Notes: generated by a model from the sequence alone, not told the origin. Shown: positions 1 to 9,006, numbered from the whole stretch's first letter. The stretch: 55,487 bases of DNA, filler included, from Candidatus Woesearchaeota archaeon (GCA_047603125.1; 3 parts of 3 records of this genome joined end to end with filler, not necessarily neighbours in it); one strand, 5' to 3'. Numbers and translations are program-made.

Positions 1-42
1 AAAATCTTCACATTTATAAACAATAAAACCCGAAAAAACTCA

Positions 43-768
43 ATGAAAACATCAACAAAAATCATCATCATCACACTCCTCCTCATATTTGCTCTTCTCG
101 TATTCTACTCGGCTCTGGGTCTTGACCTCTTTATAGACAGTATTCCCGTTCTAGTGTTTATCTTTATAGTAGGCGCCCTCATTATACAAAGCAAAATGAA
201 CCGCAAAAAAATCGAAGTTACTGAACAAAAACAATTTATTTTCAAAAAACACGGATTTGAACAAGGGTTCGCACTTACAGCAGACAGTCTTATCAAAAAA
301 TCATTTGTCAACGAAGAGCTCATTAAAAAACATAACCACTATAACAACAAACAAAAACATCTACTCTACTTCGACGCAGAGTACATTGTCGGGTCAGGAA
401 GAAATGCTAACACAGTATTCAAAGCAACACTCCTTTCTTACAAAAAAAAGGAACGACCGTGGATATTTTTACGAAAAGAAAATTTTGGCGACAAACTCAA
501 AAGAGCCATCGGTTTTGACAATATCCACCTACAAAGCCAACCTGAGTTTTCAAAAAACTTCTTTATAGAAGGTGCAAACCCAAAAAAAATAGAAGAATAT
601 CTAACGCCAGAACGAATTCACAACCTACAAAGACTCAACTGCGAAAATATAAAAATAGAACTCTTCTCTGATGCAATCATTGTGCAAGACCACAGAACAT
701 ACAAAAACGCAGACCAATTTCAAAAACAATTAGAAAAATTACAAGCAATCATCCAAGCATGTGACTGA
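43..768 (+). CDS. Membrane-anchored hypothetical protein (DUF3137-like fold suspected); paralog of 1124..1927
   Basis: 241-aa ORF, two N-terminal hydrophobic helices, TTATAAA at 14-20; shares motifs with 1124..1927 (PWIF/PWVF, EFSK.F...G.N, IE.FS.AIIV). Confidence 0.75.
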   Translation: MKTSTKIIIITLLLIFALLVFYSALGLDLFIDSIPVLVFIFIVGALIIQSKMNRKKIEVTEQKQFIFKKHGFEQGFALTADSLIKKSFVNEELIKKHNHYNNKQKHLLYFDAEYIVGSGRNANTVFKATLLSYKKKERPWIFLRKENFGDKLKRAIGFDNIHLQSQPEFSKNFFIEGANPKKIEEYLTPERIHNLQRLNCENIKIELFSDAIIVQDHRTYKNADQFQKQLEKLQAIIQACD

Positions 769-887
769 GCTTGCGAATTTTCAAATAGCGACTTTATAAA
801 CAACTTGCGAAAAATAATGTGGCGCCTTTTTAAATGAGTTGCGAAAAAAGAAGTTTCTTTTTAAACAACCAAAAAAACCACACAAAC

Positions 888-1091
888 ATGCAAAAAATAA
901 AAATCACCTTAACCCTCCTGACAATCTTTCTCTACTTTATAAGTATCTACGCATCTTTACTTTACCAATACAGCCGATTCTTATATCTGACAATCATCTT
1001 TGCAAGCATCCTCGCACTCATTTGGATTCGACCAAAAAAAAGTGAGCCGTTAACTAAAGAAGAATTAGAAATTTTGGAAAAAGATGACTAA
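888..1091 (+). CDS. Small membrane protein
   Basis: ATG at 888 after TTTTTAAA; two hydrophobic segments and an acidic tail. Confidence 0.6.
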   Translation: MQKIKITLTLLTIFLYFISIYASLLYQYSRFLYLTIIFASILALIWIRPKKSEPLTKEELEILEKDD

Positions 1092-1123
1092 ACCTTTTTA
1101 AAGAAAAACTCCAAAACACAGTC

Positions 1124-1927
1124 ATGGACAAACTCATCATTCGAATTCCTCTAACAATTCTTGCCATAGGTGTGTGGATAATGCTTTTTATAAATCTCAT
1201 TGACCCCATCATCCGAATCTCTATCACCGCGGGCCTTCTCATGTTGTTTGTTTTTATCTGGCTTGCATCTTTTGAAACAAAAAAAGAACATGAACAAAAA
1301 CTGCAAACCATTTTTTCAAAAGCCGGCTTTACAAAACAAGAAACATTCACCCCTGAGCAATCGACGATTATCGAACGTTCATCTCTAAAAGAACAAAAAG
1401 GAAACTTCCTGAGATATCTCTCAATAAGAAACCTATGGTTCTTATTTTACAAAGCAAAAACAAAAGACATCTACTTTAATGCTCAAACAAATCAACTATT
1501 CTTTCACCATAAATACTATGTCCAAAATCCAATTTTTCAATATGAAAACCGTATTCGTAAAAGAGAATTTGCCACACTCATCACATTTCAAGAAACACAA
1601 AATCCCTGGGTATTTATACAAACAAAAGACCCCTTACAGCCTTCTATTAAAACAGAAAATTCATTATCTGTGAATTTTCAAAATGAATTTTCAAAAACAT
1701 TTACGGTGCAAGGTTCAAATGAACAAGCGATAAGGACATACTTACATGAACAAAGACAGCAGGCAATCCTGGAACTGAGCAAAAAAATCATTAAAATAGC
1801 CGAACAACAAATGGCAATCGAAGTTTTTTCTAATGCCATTATCGTACACGTCCCTCCCGCTTGGAAAACAGAAGACACGGATCAAACTCTCCAAGAACTC
1901 TTTGAAGTGACCAGACAACTCGTATGA
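1124..1927 (+). CDS. Membrane-anchored hypothetical protein, paralog of 43..768
   Basis: 267 aa, two N-terminal TM helices, shared C-terminal motifs. Confidence 0.75.
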   Translation: MDKLIIRIPLTILAIGVWIMLFINLIDPIIRISITAGLLMLFVFIWLASFETKKEHEQKLQTIFSKAGFTKQETFTPEQSTIIERSSLKEQKGNFLRYLSIRNLWFLFYKAKTKDIYFNAQTNQLFFHHKYYVQNPIFQYENRIRKREFATLITFQETQNPWVFIQTKDPLQPSIKTENSLSVNFQNEFSKTFTVQGSNEQAIRTYLHEQRQQAILELSKKIIKIAEQQMAIEVFSNAIIVHVPPAWKTEDTDQTLQELFEVTRQLV

Positions 1928-1934
1928 ACAAAGA

Positions 1935-2105
1935 ATGGAATTTGTAAAATTATGGGCAAACTACGTTTGCACACATTCCGATAAAGAGTGGTCACGTCAA
2001 CAAAACGTCATCATTAATTCCCAGCTAAGAAACTCTCAAATGACAAAAGAACAGTTCTTAAAAATGAAGGGTGAAACAAAACATTTAAATAATAGTTGCA
2101 ATTAG
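1935..2105 (+). CDS. Small hypothetical protein (56 aa) below the ORF-track cutoff
   Basis: Manual translation MEFVKLWANYVCTHSDKEWSRQQNVIINSQLRNSQMTKEQFLKMKGETKHLNNSCN; fills the gap between co-directional genes. Confidence 0.55.
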   Translation: MEFVKLWANYVCTHSDKEWSRQQNVIINSQLRNSQMTKEQFLKMKGETKHLNNSCN

Positions 2106-2111
2106 ATTAGT

Positions 2112-3494
2112 ATGATCATGATTCAACAATTTTTCGGCAGAAGAGAAGAACTCGCATTTTTAGAAAAACAGTATCAAGCAGACACCCCCTCTCTGGTCAT
2201 TTTATACGGACGCAGGCGTGTTGGAAAAACCGAACTCATTAAACAATTTCTCAAAAACAAACCAAACACCTATTATATGTTTGACGAGCAGCCCGAAGAA
2301 GTCAACATTAAAGCTCTTCATGAAAAAACAGCACGCAATCTCAAAAATGATCTCTTCTCCCAAATACAGATTCAAAACTGGTATCAATTTTTTGAAAATT
2401 TATGTAAACTGAAGAAAAAAAAAGAAAAATTCGTACTCGCACTCGATGAATTCCCGTACATAATAAAGTCAAACAACGCAATTCCATCTATTTTTCAAAA
2501 AATCTGGGATGAAATTCTTAAAAATGAAAATATTATGCTCATACTTTGCGGCTCAAGTATTGCAATGATGGAGCAAGAATTACTCGCACATAAAAGTCCT
2601 TTATACGGAAGAAGAACAGGACAATGGAAAGTAGAACCATTTACATTTGAGCAATCACACGCCTTTCTTGAAAAAAGTGATATACAAGCAAGTATTCAAC
2701 TCTATGGTCTTGCTGACGGCATCCCCTTGTATTTAAAGAAATTACATCCAGAAACGAGCATAAAAGAAAATATCTTAAAAAACATAGCCCAAAGAGGTGA
2801 ATTTCTCTACGAAGAAGCAGAATTTCTTCTCAAACAAGAATTTCGCGAACCAGGCAATTATTTTCTCATAGTTAAAGCAATAGCTCTTGGAAAAACGAAG
2901 TTTGGCGATATTGTCAATTTCACAAATCTTGACAAAACAATTTGCTCAAAATATTTAGATAATCTCATCAAAATTCGAGTAATTGAAAAAAAACAACCTG
3001 TGCCAAGTAAAGGAGAAAAAACAAGATACAATAGATATTACATTACCGATCATTATTTGAAATTCTGGTTTTCCATTATTTATCCAAACAAATCACTCAT
3101 AGAAGAAGGAGCATTAACCTTTGGGCATATTCAACAACCGTTTCTTATCCATACGTCCTTTGTCTTTGAGGATATCTGCAAACAAATCGTAAAAAAACTA
3201 TACCCGACTATGAATAAAATAGGAAAATGGTGGGAGAAAGAACAAGAAATAGATCTTGTAGGATTAAATAATCAAACCAAGGAGATACTTTTTATTGAGA
3301 TAAAATATAAAGATAGTGTGGACGCACACAAACTGCTCACCCAACTTGAAGAAAAAAGCAAGTATGTACAGTGGAACAATCAAACAAGAACACAAAAGCA
3401 TATTGTTTTTGCAAAATCATTTAAGAACAAAACACACAACTGCTACGATTTACAAGACATCGAGAAAATACTTAAAAAAAGAAAACTCAAATGA
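2112..3494 (+). CDS. Archaeal ATPase (ATPase_2/DUF234-type: P-loop + wHTH + PD-(D/E)xK-like C-terminus)
   Basis: F.GR..EL, Walker A GRRRVGKT, Walker B LALDEFPY, CGSS, LYGRRT, C-terminal EIDLV...FIEIKY. Confidence 0.9.
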   Translation: MIMIQQFFGRREELAFLEKQYQADTPSLVILYGRRRVGKTELIKQFLKNKPNTYYMFDEQPEEVNIKALHEKTARNLKNDLFSQIQIQNWYQFFENLCKLKKKKEKFVLALDEFPYIIKSNNAIPSIFQKIWDEILKNENIMLILCGSSIAMMEQELLAHKSPLYGRRTGQWKVEPFTFEQSHAFLEKSDIQASIQLYGLADGIPLYLKKLHPETSIKENILKNIAQRGEFLYEEAEFLLKQEFREPGNYFLIVKAIALGKTKFGDIVNFTNLDKTICSKYLDNLIKIRVIEKKQPVPSKGEKTRYNRYYITDHYLKFWFSIIYPNKSLIEEGALTFGHIQQPFLIHTSFVFEDICKQIVKKLYPTMNKIGKWWEKEQEIDLVGLNNQTKEILFIEIKYKDSVDAHKLLTQLEEKSKYVQWNNQTRTQKHIVFAKSFKNKTHNCYDLQDIEKILKKRKLK

Positions 3495-3862
3495 ACCTAA
3501 AACAACTCTATCAACTCGTTGAACAAAAATACGACATAGACCAAAAAAGCGACAATTATTCAGGCAGCCAACGATACATACAAGGAATCGTAGACGAAGT
3601 CAAGGAAATCCAAAAAGAAATTGAGCAGCAAAATCATGTTTACTTAGAAGATGAACTGGGCGATATTCTTTGGGATTACCTTAATGTATTAAAAAATCTA
3701 GAAAAAGAGGGCAAAATACAAGCAAACAGAGTTCTAAAAAGAGCCCAAGAAAAATACGGTCAACGAATACAAGCAATTCAAAACAATATTCCCTGGAAAA
3801 CAATTAAAGACGAACAAAAAGCAAAACTAAAACAAGAACAAAAAATATTTAAGCAGGGGTAA
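3491..3862 (+). CDS. MazG-like nucleotide pyrophosphohydrolase
   Basis: DEVKE...EDELGDILW (ExxE...ExxD) motif; ATGA overlap with the ATPase. Confidence 0.85.
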   Translation: MNLKQLYQLVEQKYDIDQKSDNYSGSQRYIQGIVDEVKEIQKEIEQQNHVYLEDELGDILWDYLNVLKNLEKEGKIQANRVLKRAQEKYGQRIQAIQNNIPWKTIKDEQKAKLKQEQKIFKQG

Positions 3863-3871
3863 ATTACCCCT
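3855..3871. promoter_or_regulatory. Palindromic operator of the antitoxin-RelE operon
   Basis: AGGGGTAA-A-TTACCCCT, between TATA-like ATATTTAA (3845-3852) and the ATG at 3884. Confidence 0.6.
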
Positions 3872-3883
3872 TTTTGTGATAAA

Positions 3884-4135
3884 ATGACCCAAATAAAAAT
3901 AGACGCTGATTCATATAGCCTTCGAGTACTCGATGTGGTAAAAGGACAACACGGGCTAAAAAATAGAAATGAAGCCTTTAAGAAATTTATTGAAGAGTTT
4001 GGTCCTCATTACACACAAATGAATGTTAAAGAAGAGGTTCTGCAAAACCTAGATTTAACATTACGAGAACACATAAAAAAGTACGGCAATAAAAAAATGA
4101 CCGATGAAGAACTAAATAATTTGCTCGGTTTATAA
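3884..4135 (+). CDS. Antitoxin (DUF2683/RHH-like)
   Basis: 83 aa directly upstream of a RelE-like toxin; RVLDVVKGQHGLKNRNEA pattern. Confidence 0.75.
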   Translation: MTQIKIDADSYSLRVLDVVKGQHGLKNRNEAFKKFIEEFGPHYTQMNVKEEVLQNLDLTLREHIKKYGNKKMTDEELNNLLGL

Positions 4136-4137
4136 CT

Positions 4138-4413
4138 ATGTTCTCATACAATCTCTCAGAAAAATTGGAGAAAAAAATACGTAAAGTTGCTAAAAAAGAT
4201 AAAATTTTAGCACTTATTTTTCGCAAGAAAATACAAGAAGTTATCTCACATTCTACAAAAACAATCGACACATATAAAAACCTTAAATCGCCACAGAATA
4301 ACTACAAAAGAATACATCTAACTGGAAGTTATGTATTATTATTCTTTGTTGACAAACCAAATAAACACGTCATATTTGTTGATATTGTTCACTGGGACTT
4401 TGCATATTCGTAA
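4138..4413 (+). CDS. RelE/ParE (YafQ-like) family toxin
   Basis: 91-aa basic protein, YKNLKSP...KRIHLTGSYVLLF...H at C-terminus. Confidence 0.85.
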   Translation: MFSYNLSEKLEKKIRKVAKKDKILALIFRKKIQEVISHSTKTIDTYKNLKSPQNNYKRIHLTGSYVLLFFVDKPNKHVIFVDIVHWDFAYS

Positions 4414-4419
4414 TAACAG

Positions 4420-4498
4420 AAGTTCGCGTTTATACGAACTTTTGAATTGAGAGTTTGCGGAGTGAAGTCCACTCTATTATACCCGCGAAACTCTCAAT
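4420..4498. other. Two adjacent stem-loops downstream of relE
   Basis: AAGTTCG/CGAACTT (4420-4441); ATTGAGAGTTT-GCGG...CCGC-G-AAACTCTCAAT (4446-4498) with inner GAGTG/CACTC. Confidence 0.55.
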
Positions 4499-4640
4499 AA
4501 AATGACACAAACCAAAAATATGCAAAAAGTTTTAGAAGATGTGGACACAACATTGCATAAACACCTTACTAAATACGGCAAGAAAAAAATGCCTAAAAAA
4601 ACTAACAACATTTATATATCATTTGTGTATACAAATATTT

Positions 4641-4901
4641 ATGAATCAACTCATACATATTCGGCTAGAACAGAGTCTTAATAGTCAAATAGAAAACGTT
4701 GTTAAAACACAGTTTTTTACAAATAAAACAGAATTTATCAAGGATGCTATTAGAAAAAGTCTTGAAGAATATAGATTACAAGAATCCATTTTAAGAAATA
4801 TCCAAGGATCAAGCAAGGGATGTATACCCACAAGGGAACAAAGAAAGATGTATCTCAAAAAATTTGAGAAGAAACTCACAACCACTCAGGCAAACAAATA
4901 G
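4641..4901 (+). CDS. Ribbon-helix-helix (CopG-like) protein, probable antitoxin
   Basis: IHIRL...QIENVV...FTNKTEFIKDAIRK; TATA and palindrome ATTTGT-GTAT-ACAAAT (4621-4636) just before ATG 4641. Confidence 0.8.
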   Translation: MNQLIHIRLEQSLNSQIENVVKTQFFTNKTEFIKDAIRKSLEEYRLQESILRNIQGSSKGCIPTREQRKMYLKKFEKKLTTTQANK

Positions 4902-5301
4902 GTATTTGCGAACCGTCAAAATCGCGTACATTCCTGGTAACAAGAAAAACCGCGCCACCCCGTAAAGCTAAAACTTCATGCAGAGCATCTTCAAAATGCT
5001 GAGATTTTGTTTTTGCCTCGTCAATATCAGCTCGTGTTGTCTCAATAAAAATTATTTTATCCTTCTTTTTCAACTCTCCTTGTAAATTCTCATAGGATTT
5101 ATAGTGACCAGTGTTTTTCAATTCTGTTAAAAGCCAATCCGATACGACTATTGTAAATGAACACCCCAACGTTTTATAAAATAATTCAAAAGCAAACTCA
5201 CCTAAAGGTCTAAGTGAGTCATTTCTATTTAAGAAAAAATCTATCCATACATTCGTATCCACATAAATGCGTTTTGACATACTTAATCTAAAACGAGTCA
5301 A
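4876..5301 (-). CDS. PIN-domain (VapC-like) ribonuclease
   Basis: IYVDTNVWID, TEL, FEDALH, LVTRNVRDF motifs. Confidence 0.9.
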   Translation of the reverse strand: MTRFRLSMSKRIYVDTNVWIDFFLNRNDSLRPLGEFAFELFYKTLGCSFTIVVSDWLLTELKNTGHYKSYENLQGELKKKDKIIFIETTRADIDEAKTKSQHFEDALHEVLALRGGAVFLVTRNVRDFDGSQIPICLPEWL

Positions 5302-5449
5302 ATTAATAAAAAAAACCTCAAGAAAATTGAAAATTTTTCAACAAGACAGATTTTAATGTTAAAAAAACTATTGATGTATACTAATGTAAACAGCCCTCTT
5401 AAACTAATCCACCACAGTTTTTATAAACAATAACCAAAACACAAAACAT

Positions 5450-6475
5450 ATGGGCGTAGCAATTAGTGACATCATTCCAAAAGAACCAATTGACCTTGAC
5501 ACACTCAATAATAAAATCATCGCCATAGATGCGCATAATTTTCTCTATCAATTTCTTACCTCCTTACGCCAACCCGATGGTTCCTATTTAACAAACTCAA
5601 AAGGGCAAGTAACCAGTCACTTACTTGGATTATTTAATCGAACTGCTACCCTCATGCAAAAAGGAATCAAATGTGTCTTTGTCTTTGATGGAGAACCCCC
5701 CGAATTAAAAAAACAAGAACGGGAACGAAGAAGAGCACTCAAAGAACAAGCTCAAGTGTATTTTGATCAAGCAAAAGAAGATGAGAATCAAGCCGACATG
5801 AAAAAGTACGCCTCACGAACAACAAAACTCACAAGTGAAATGATTGAAGATGCAAAACGACTCATCAAAGCAATGGGTCTTCCAATAATTCAAGCACCAA
5901 GTGAAGGGGAAGCACAAGCCGCATATATGCAACAACGCGGTGATGTTGATTATGTTGCATCCCAAGATGCAGACGCACTCTTATTTGGAGCAAAAAGTGT
6001 TATTAAAAACCTCTCTATTGCCGGCAAAAGAAAAAAAACAGGAAAACTTGCCTACACGACAATTTTGCCAGAACTCATCAAACTCGATGCCACACTCAAT
6101 GAACTTGGTATTGATCAAAAAAAGCTCATTTATCTTTCTATTTTTACCGGTTGTGATTTTGCCATTGGAGGAATTAAAGGTATCGGACCAAAAAAGGCAC
6201 TCAAATTAGTAAAAGAACATGATGAGTTTGACACCATTGCCCAAGAATTAGAATGGAGCTTTGAGTATCCCCCTTCAACGGTATATAAAACATTTACACA
6301 AATTCCAATTCAAAGAGAATATACACTGACATACAAACCTATAAATGAACAAGAACTGCTCCAAATTACTATCGATGAATTTGAATTCTCAAAAGATCGA
6401 GTGCAAACAACACTCAAAAAAATCCAAAAAGCAAACCAACAATTAGAACAAAAAGGATTGGGTGACTTTTTTTAA
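5450..6475 (+). CDS. fen: Flap endonuclease 1
   Basis: MGV start, IDAHNFLYQFL, FVFDG, APSEGEAQAA, SQDADALLFG, GIGPK, C-terminal PIP box QKGLGDFF. Confidence 0.97.
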   Translation: MGVAISDIIPKEPIDLDTLNNKIIAIDAHNFLYQFLTSLRQPDGSYLTNSKGQVTSHLLGLFNRTATLMQKGIKCVFVFDGEPPELKKQERERRRALKEQAQVYFDQAKEDENQADMKKYASRTTKLTSEMIEDAKRLIKAMGLPIIQAPSEGEAQAAYMQQRGDVDYVASQDADALLFGAKSVIKNLSIAGKRKKTGKLAYTTILPELIKLDATLNELGIDQKKLIYLSIFTGCDFAIGGIKGIGPKKALKLVKEHDEFDTIAQELEWSFEYPPSTVYKTFTQIPIQREYTLTYKPINEQELLQITIDEFEFSKDRVQTTLKKIQKANQQLEQKGLGDFF

Positions 6476-6798
6476 AGGATGCGTTTGCCTTCCTTTATTG
6501 CTTGTGAGACCACGCCGAGTTGCTTTCTTTTTTTCTCAAACTCTTCAGGCGTATAACAAAGAGGCTCAAGAACAACAAAACCATCCCACATCTCACTGAT
6601 TAACCCTAAACGCCTAGGCCAGAAAATATCTTTAAAACCATCACTAATAATCAACACATCCACATCACTCTCAAGAAGAAAATCCCCTCGTGCACGAGAA
6701 CCAAACAAAAACACTTTTGCGTCAGGAAACCGTATTTTCACGCGATTTAAAAACAAAGCAAGCTGTTCATTCATTTGTTCATTTGTGAGCAAAGCCAA
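6472..6798 (-). CDS. Minimal nucleotidyltransferase (MNT)
   Basis: LFGSRARGD...SDVDVLI. Confidence 0.9.
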   Translation of the reverse strand: MALLTNEQMNEQLALFLNRVKIRFPDAKVFLFGSRARGDFLLESDVDVLIISDGFKDIFWPRRLGLISEMWDGFVVLEPLCYTPEEFEKKRKQLGVVSQAIKEGKRIL

Positions 6799-7154
6799 TC
6801 TATCACCTCCTGTGCATGTGCAATATATTCTTCACTTAGTTCTTTATCATACAAATCACTCGGAGCACCATATGCTGCGTCAGGATACCGAGTATTCACA
6901 AACTCAGGCGTAAGCCTGCGAAGAAATTTCATATATTTATCAGGTATTTGAGTTTGAGTTGCTAAAAATAAGAGAGAATGAGTCTGACCAGGAGATGTAT
7001 TTTTTTTAAAAAAGTAATACGATTTGAGAATTTTTTCAACTGCCTGTTGGCAAAGAAAAACACTTACATAATAGGCTTCAAACTGATGATTCTTCTTTGC
7101 ATTTTCAAAGTCAACAAGACCTTGTTTTTTCCATAATTCAACTTCTGCTCTCAT
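6771..7154 (-). CDS. HEPN domain protein (RY-type)
   Basis: FLCQQAVEKILK, THSL, TRYPD; overlaps the MNT gene. Confidence 0.9.
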   Translation of the reverse strand: MRAEVELWKKQGLVDFENAKKNHQFEAYYVSVFLCQQAVEKILKSYYFFKKNTSPGQTHSLLFLATQTQIPDKYMKFLRRLTPEFVNTRYPDAAYGAPSDLYDKELSEEYIAHAQEVIDWLCSQMNK

Positions 7155-7207
7155 ACTAGACGTAAATATCTAAACGCTTAAATAGTTTTGGTTTAAAAAC
7201 ACAAAAC

Positions 7208-7915
7208 CTATCGAAATTGCTGCAACGCTCTATGTAAATCAACAGCAGCACCCCAAGCAGGCTGATTTCCATTAATAACTGTGTACCGATTCCGAATTTT
7301 TAATTGACCAATCGTTGGTTTAGTATCTGTCACATATGAGCGAATTCTCTGATCCATTTTGGGTGCGTCTTTGCGAACTTTCTTCTCACCAATACTTAAT
7401 TGCAGTATATCAAAAGCTCTTGGATCCTGAGCAAGATATGCGTCACATAACGATTGCGCATCGGCGAAATTTCCAAAATGACCATTTTGCGCTCGAATAA
7501 TTTCTTGTAATGTGCGCTGCCGATTTCTTTGAAGAGCTATATGCTCAGGAACTTCTATTCCAAAACCATGCTCAATCATATCTAATTGATCTACGCGGCG
7601 AGGTACACCATCCCAAATAAAAACAGAATAATTTGCTTTTCGTGCAGAATCAAGAGCCATCTCAAATAACGGTTCTAATAAATATGTCGGAGCATTTTTC
7701 CCCTCACCACTTTCTTTGTAAAATTGATTTAATTCCCTTCGAAGAGTATCTCCATACATCCCATCACGAGCGCTTCGAATCAAATCCCCGCAACTTTGAT
7801 ACATAAAAAAAACATCATTTCCTTCATTTGCAATTTCACTCACGCGCTCAAGCGCCGTACCTTTTCCTGCTGCAGGCATACCCGTTAATCCTAAAATTCT
7901 CATATTTGGAGCCAT
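7208..7915 (-). CDS. Adenylate kinase-like NMP kinase with atypical LID region
   Basis: GMPAAGKGT P-loop, SCGDLIR, WDGVPRRVDQ, RKD...RIRSY...TKP. Confidence 0.75.
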   Translation of the reverse strand: MAPNMRILGLTGMPAAGKGTALERVSEIANEGNDVFFMYQSCGDLIRSARDGMYGDTLRRELNQFYKESGEGKNAPTYLLEPLFEMALDSARKANYSVFIWDGVPRRVDQLDMIEHGFGIEVPEHIALQRNRQRTLQEIIRAQNGHFGNFADAQSLCDAYLAQDPRAFDILQLSIGEKKVRKDAPKMDQRIRSYVTDTKPTIGQLKIRNRYTVINGNQPAWGAAVDLHRALQQFR

Positions 7916-7962
7916 AAAGTTTGCAGGGAAAAATCACCCATTTATAAAAGTTCGGATTGGTG

Positions 7963-8075
7963 CAAAAATTGTTTTTCAAAAAGAGTACGCAGATTTGGCT
8001 CAAGAGTCCCGCTTTGAGAATTATGTAAAAATTTTACTGCAAGGTGCTCTTTTTTTATCTTCTTGGATGAAGCCT
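7963..8075. repeat. Dispersed structured repeat, copy A (shortest)
   Basis: Reverse complement contains AGGCTTCATCCAA, AAAGAGCACCTTGCAG and ATTCTCAAAGCGGGACTCTTGAGC, shared with 18819-19009 and 55328-55475. Confidence 0.9.
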
Positions 8076-8128
8076 ATTGGCACCAATAACCCCACATCTT
8101 TTTAAATACCAAAAAGAACCAACTTTCC

Positions 8129-8782
8129 ATGAACGTTATTGTCGTCATTCCTGCGTATAATGAAGCAAAAAATATCAAGTCAGTTATCAAACAAGTAAAA
8201 CAGCACATCCAAACTGTTCTCGTTATCGATGACGCCTCAACAGACAATACAAGCAAAGTAGCAAAAGCCGCAGGAGCAACAGTTATTACACAACAAACAA
8301 ATCAAGGTGCAGGGGCAGCAACACGAACAGGACTAAAAAAAGCATTAGAACTAGGTGCAACACATATCATCACTCTTGATGCAGATGGGCAACATAACCC
8401 AAACGACATACCAAAACTCTTACGCTTTGCAAAAAAATATGATGTCGTCATTGGCTCACGTATGATTAACCCAAAAGGTATGCCACTCTCGAGAAAATTC
8501 TTTAACAAAGCCGGAAGCCTCATCACTTGGCTCTTATATGGTATTTATGTCAAAGATTCACAAACAGGATTCAAGCTCTTCTCACATCATGCTGCAAGAA
8601 AAATGAAAATCACTTTTAATCGATATGAATTTTGCAGTGAAATATTATACCGGATTAGAAAAAACAAACTCACCTTCAAAGAAGTTCCTATACAAGTTAT
8701 CTACACGAAAGAAAGTTTAGCAAAAGGACAGAATTTCTTTAATGGCGTAAAAATGGTCTGGCGCATGGTGCACCATCGATGA
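8129..8782 (+). CDS. GT2 glycosyltransferase (DPM1-like polyprenol-phosphate glycosyltransferase)
   Basis: IPAYNE, IDDASTD, NQGAG, LDADGQH, VIGSR, DSQTGFK. Confidence 0.92.
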   Translation: MNVIVVIPAYNEAKNIKSVIKQVKQHIQTVLVIDDASTDNTSKVAKAAGATVITQQTNQGAGAATRTGLKKALELGATHIITLDADGQHNPNDIPKLLRFAKKYDVVIGSRMINPKGMPLSRKFFNKAGSLITWLLYGIYVKDSQTGFKLFSHHAARKMKITFNRYEFCSEILYRIRKNKLTFKEVPIQVIYTKESLAKGQNFFNGVKMVWRMVHHR

Positions 8783-8813
8783 AAGTTGTGAAATTACACT
8801 CATCAATTGAATC

Positions 8814-8924
8814 TTAATACTCCCAATCCAATTCTGTTTCTTCCCATTCCTTCACTTCTAAAAAAGTCAAATTACCGTATTTTAACGCGTATTTTTGTAA
8901 CAAAAGTCTTGTCTTTTGATCCAT
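8814..8924 (-). CDS. Possible small acidic-tailed peptide (36 aa)
   Basis: MDQKTRLLLQKYALKYGNLTFLEVKEWEETELDWEY; GAGG upstream; no recognisable family. Confidence 0.3.
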   Translation of the reverse strand: MDQKTRLLLQKYALKYGNLTFLEVKEWEETELDWEY

Positions 8925-9006
8925 TTCTACAGTAGCCTCATTATTGAACACTTCACTAAATCTAAGAATATAGTATCTTAAAAAGATTCTCAAAAAACAA
9001 AACAAA

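Noticed and set aside
4458..4474. GGAGTGAAGTCC resembling the RNase P P4 motif
   Set aside because: Imperfect match, region far too short, and no complementary 3' P4 strand
4539..4640. Upstream extensions of ORFs (4539, 11122, 18976, 32776, 37389, 41333, 48549)
   Set aside because: They run through promoter regions; downstream ATGs fit TATA/SD spacing and family N-termini better
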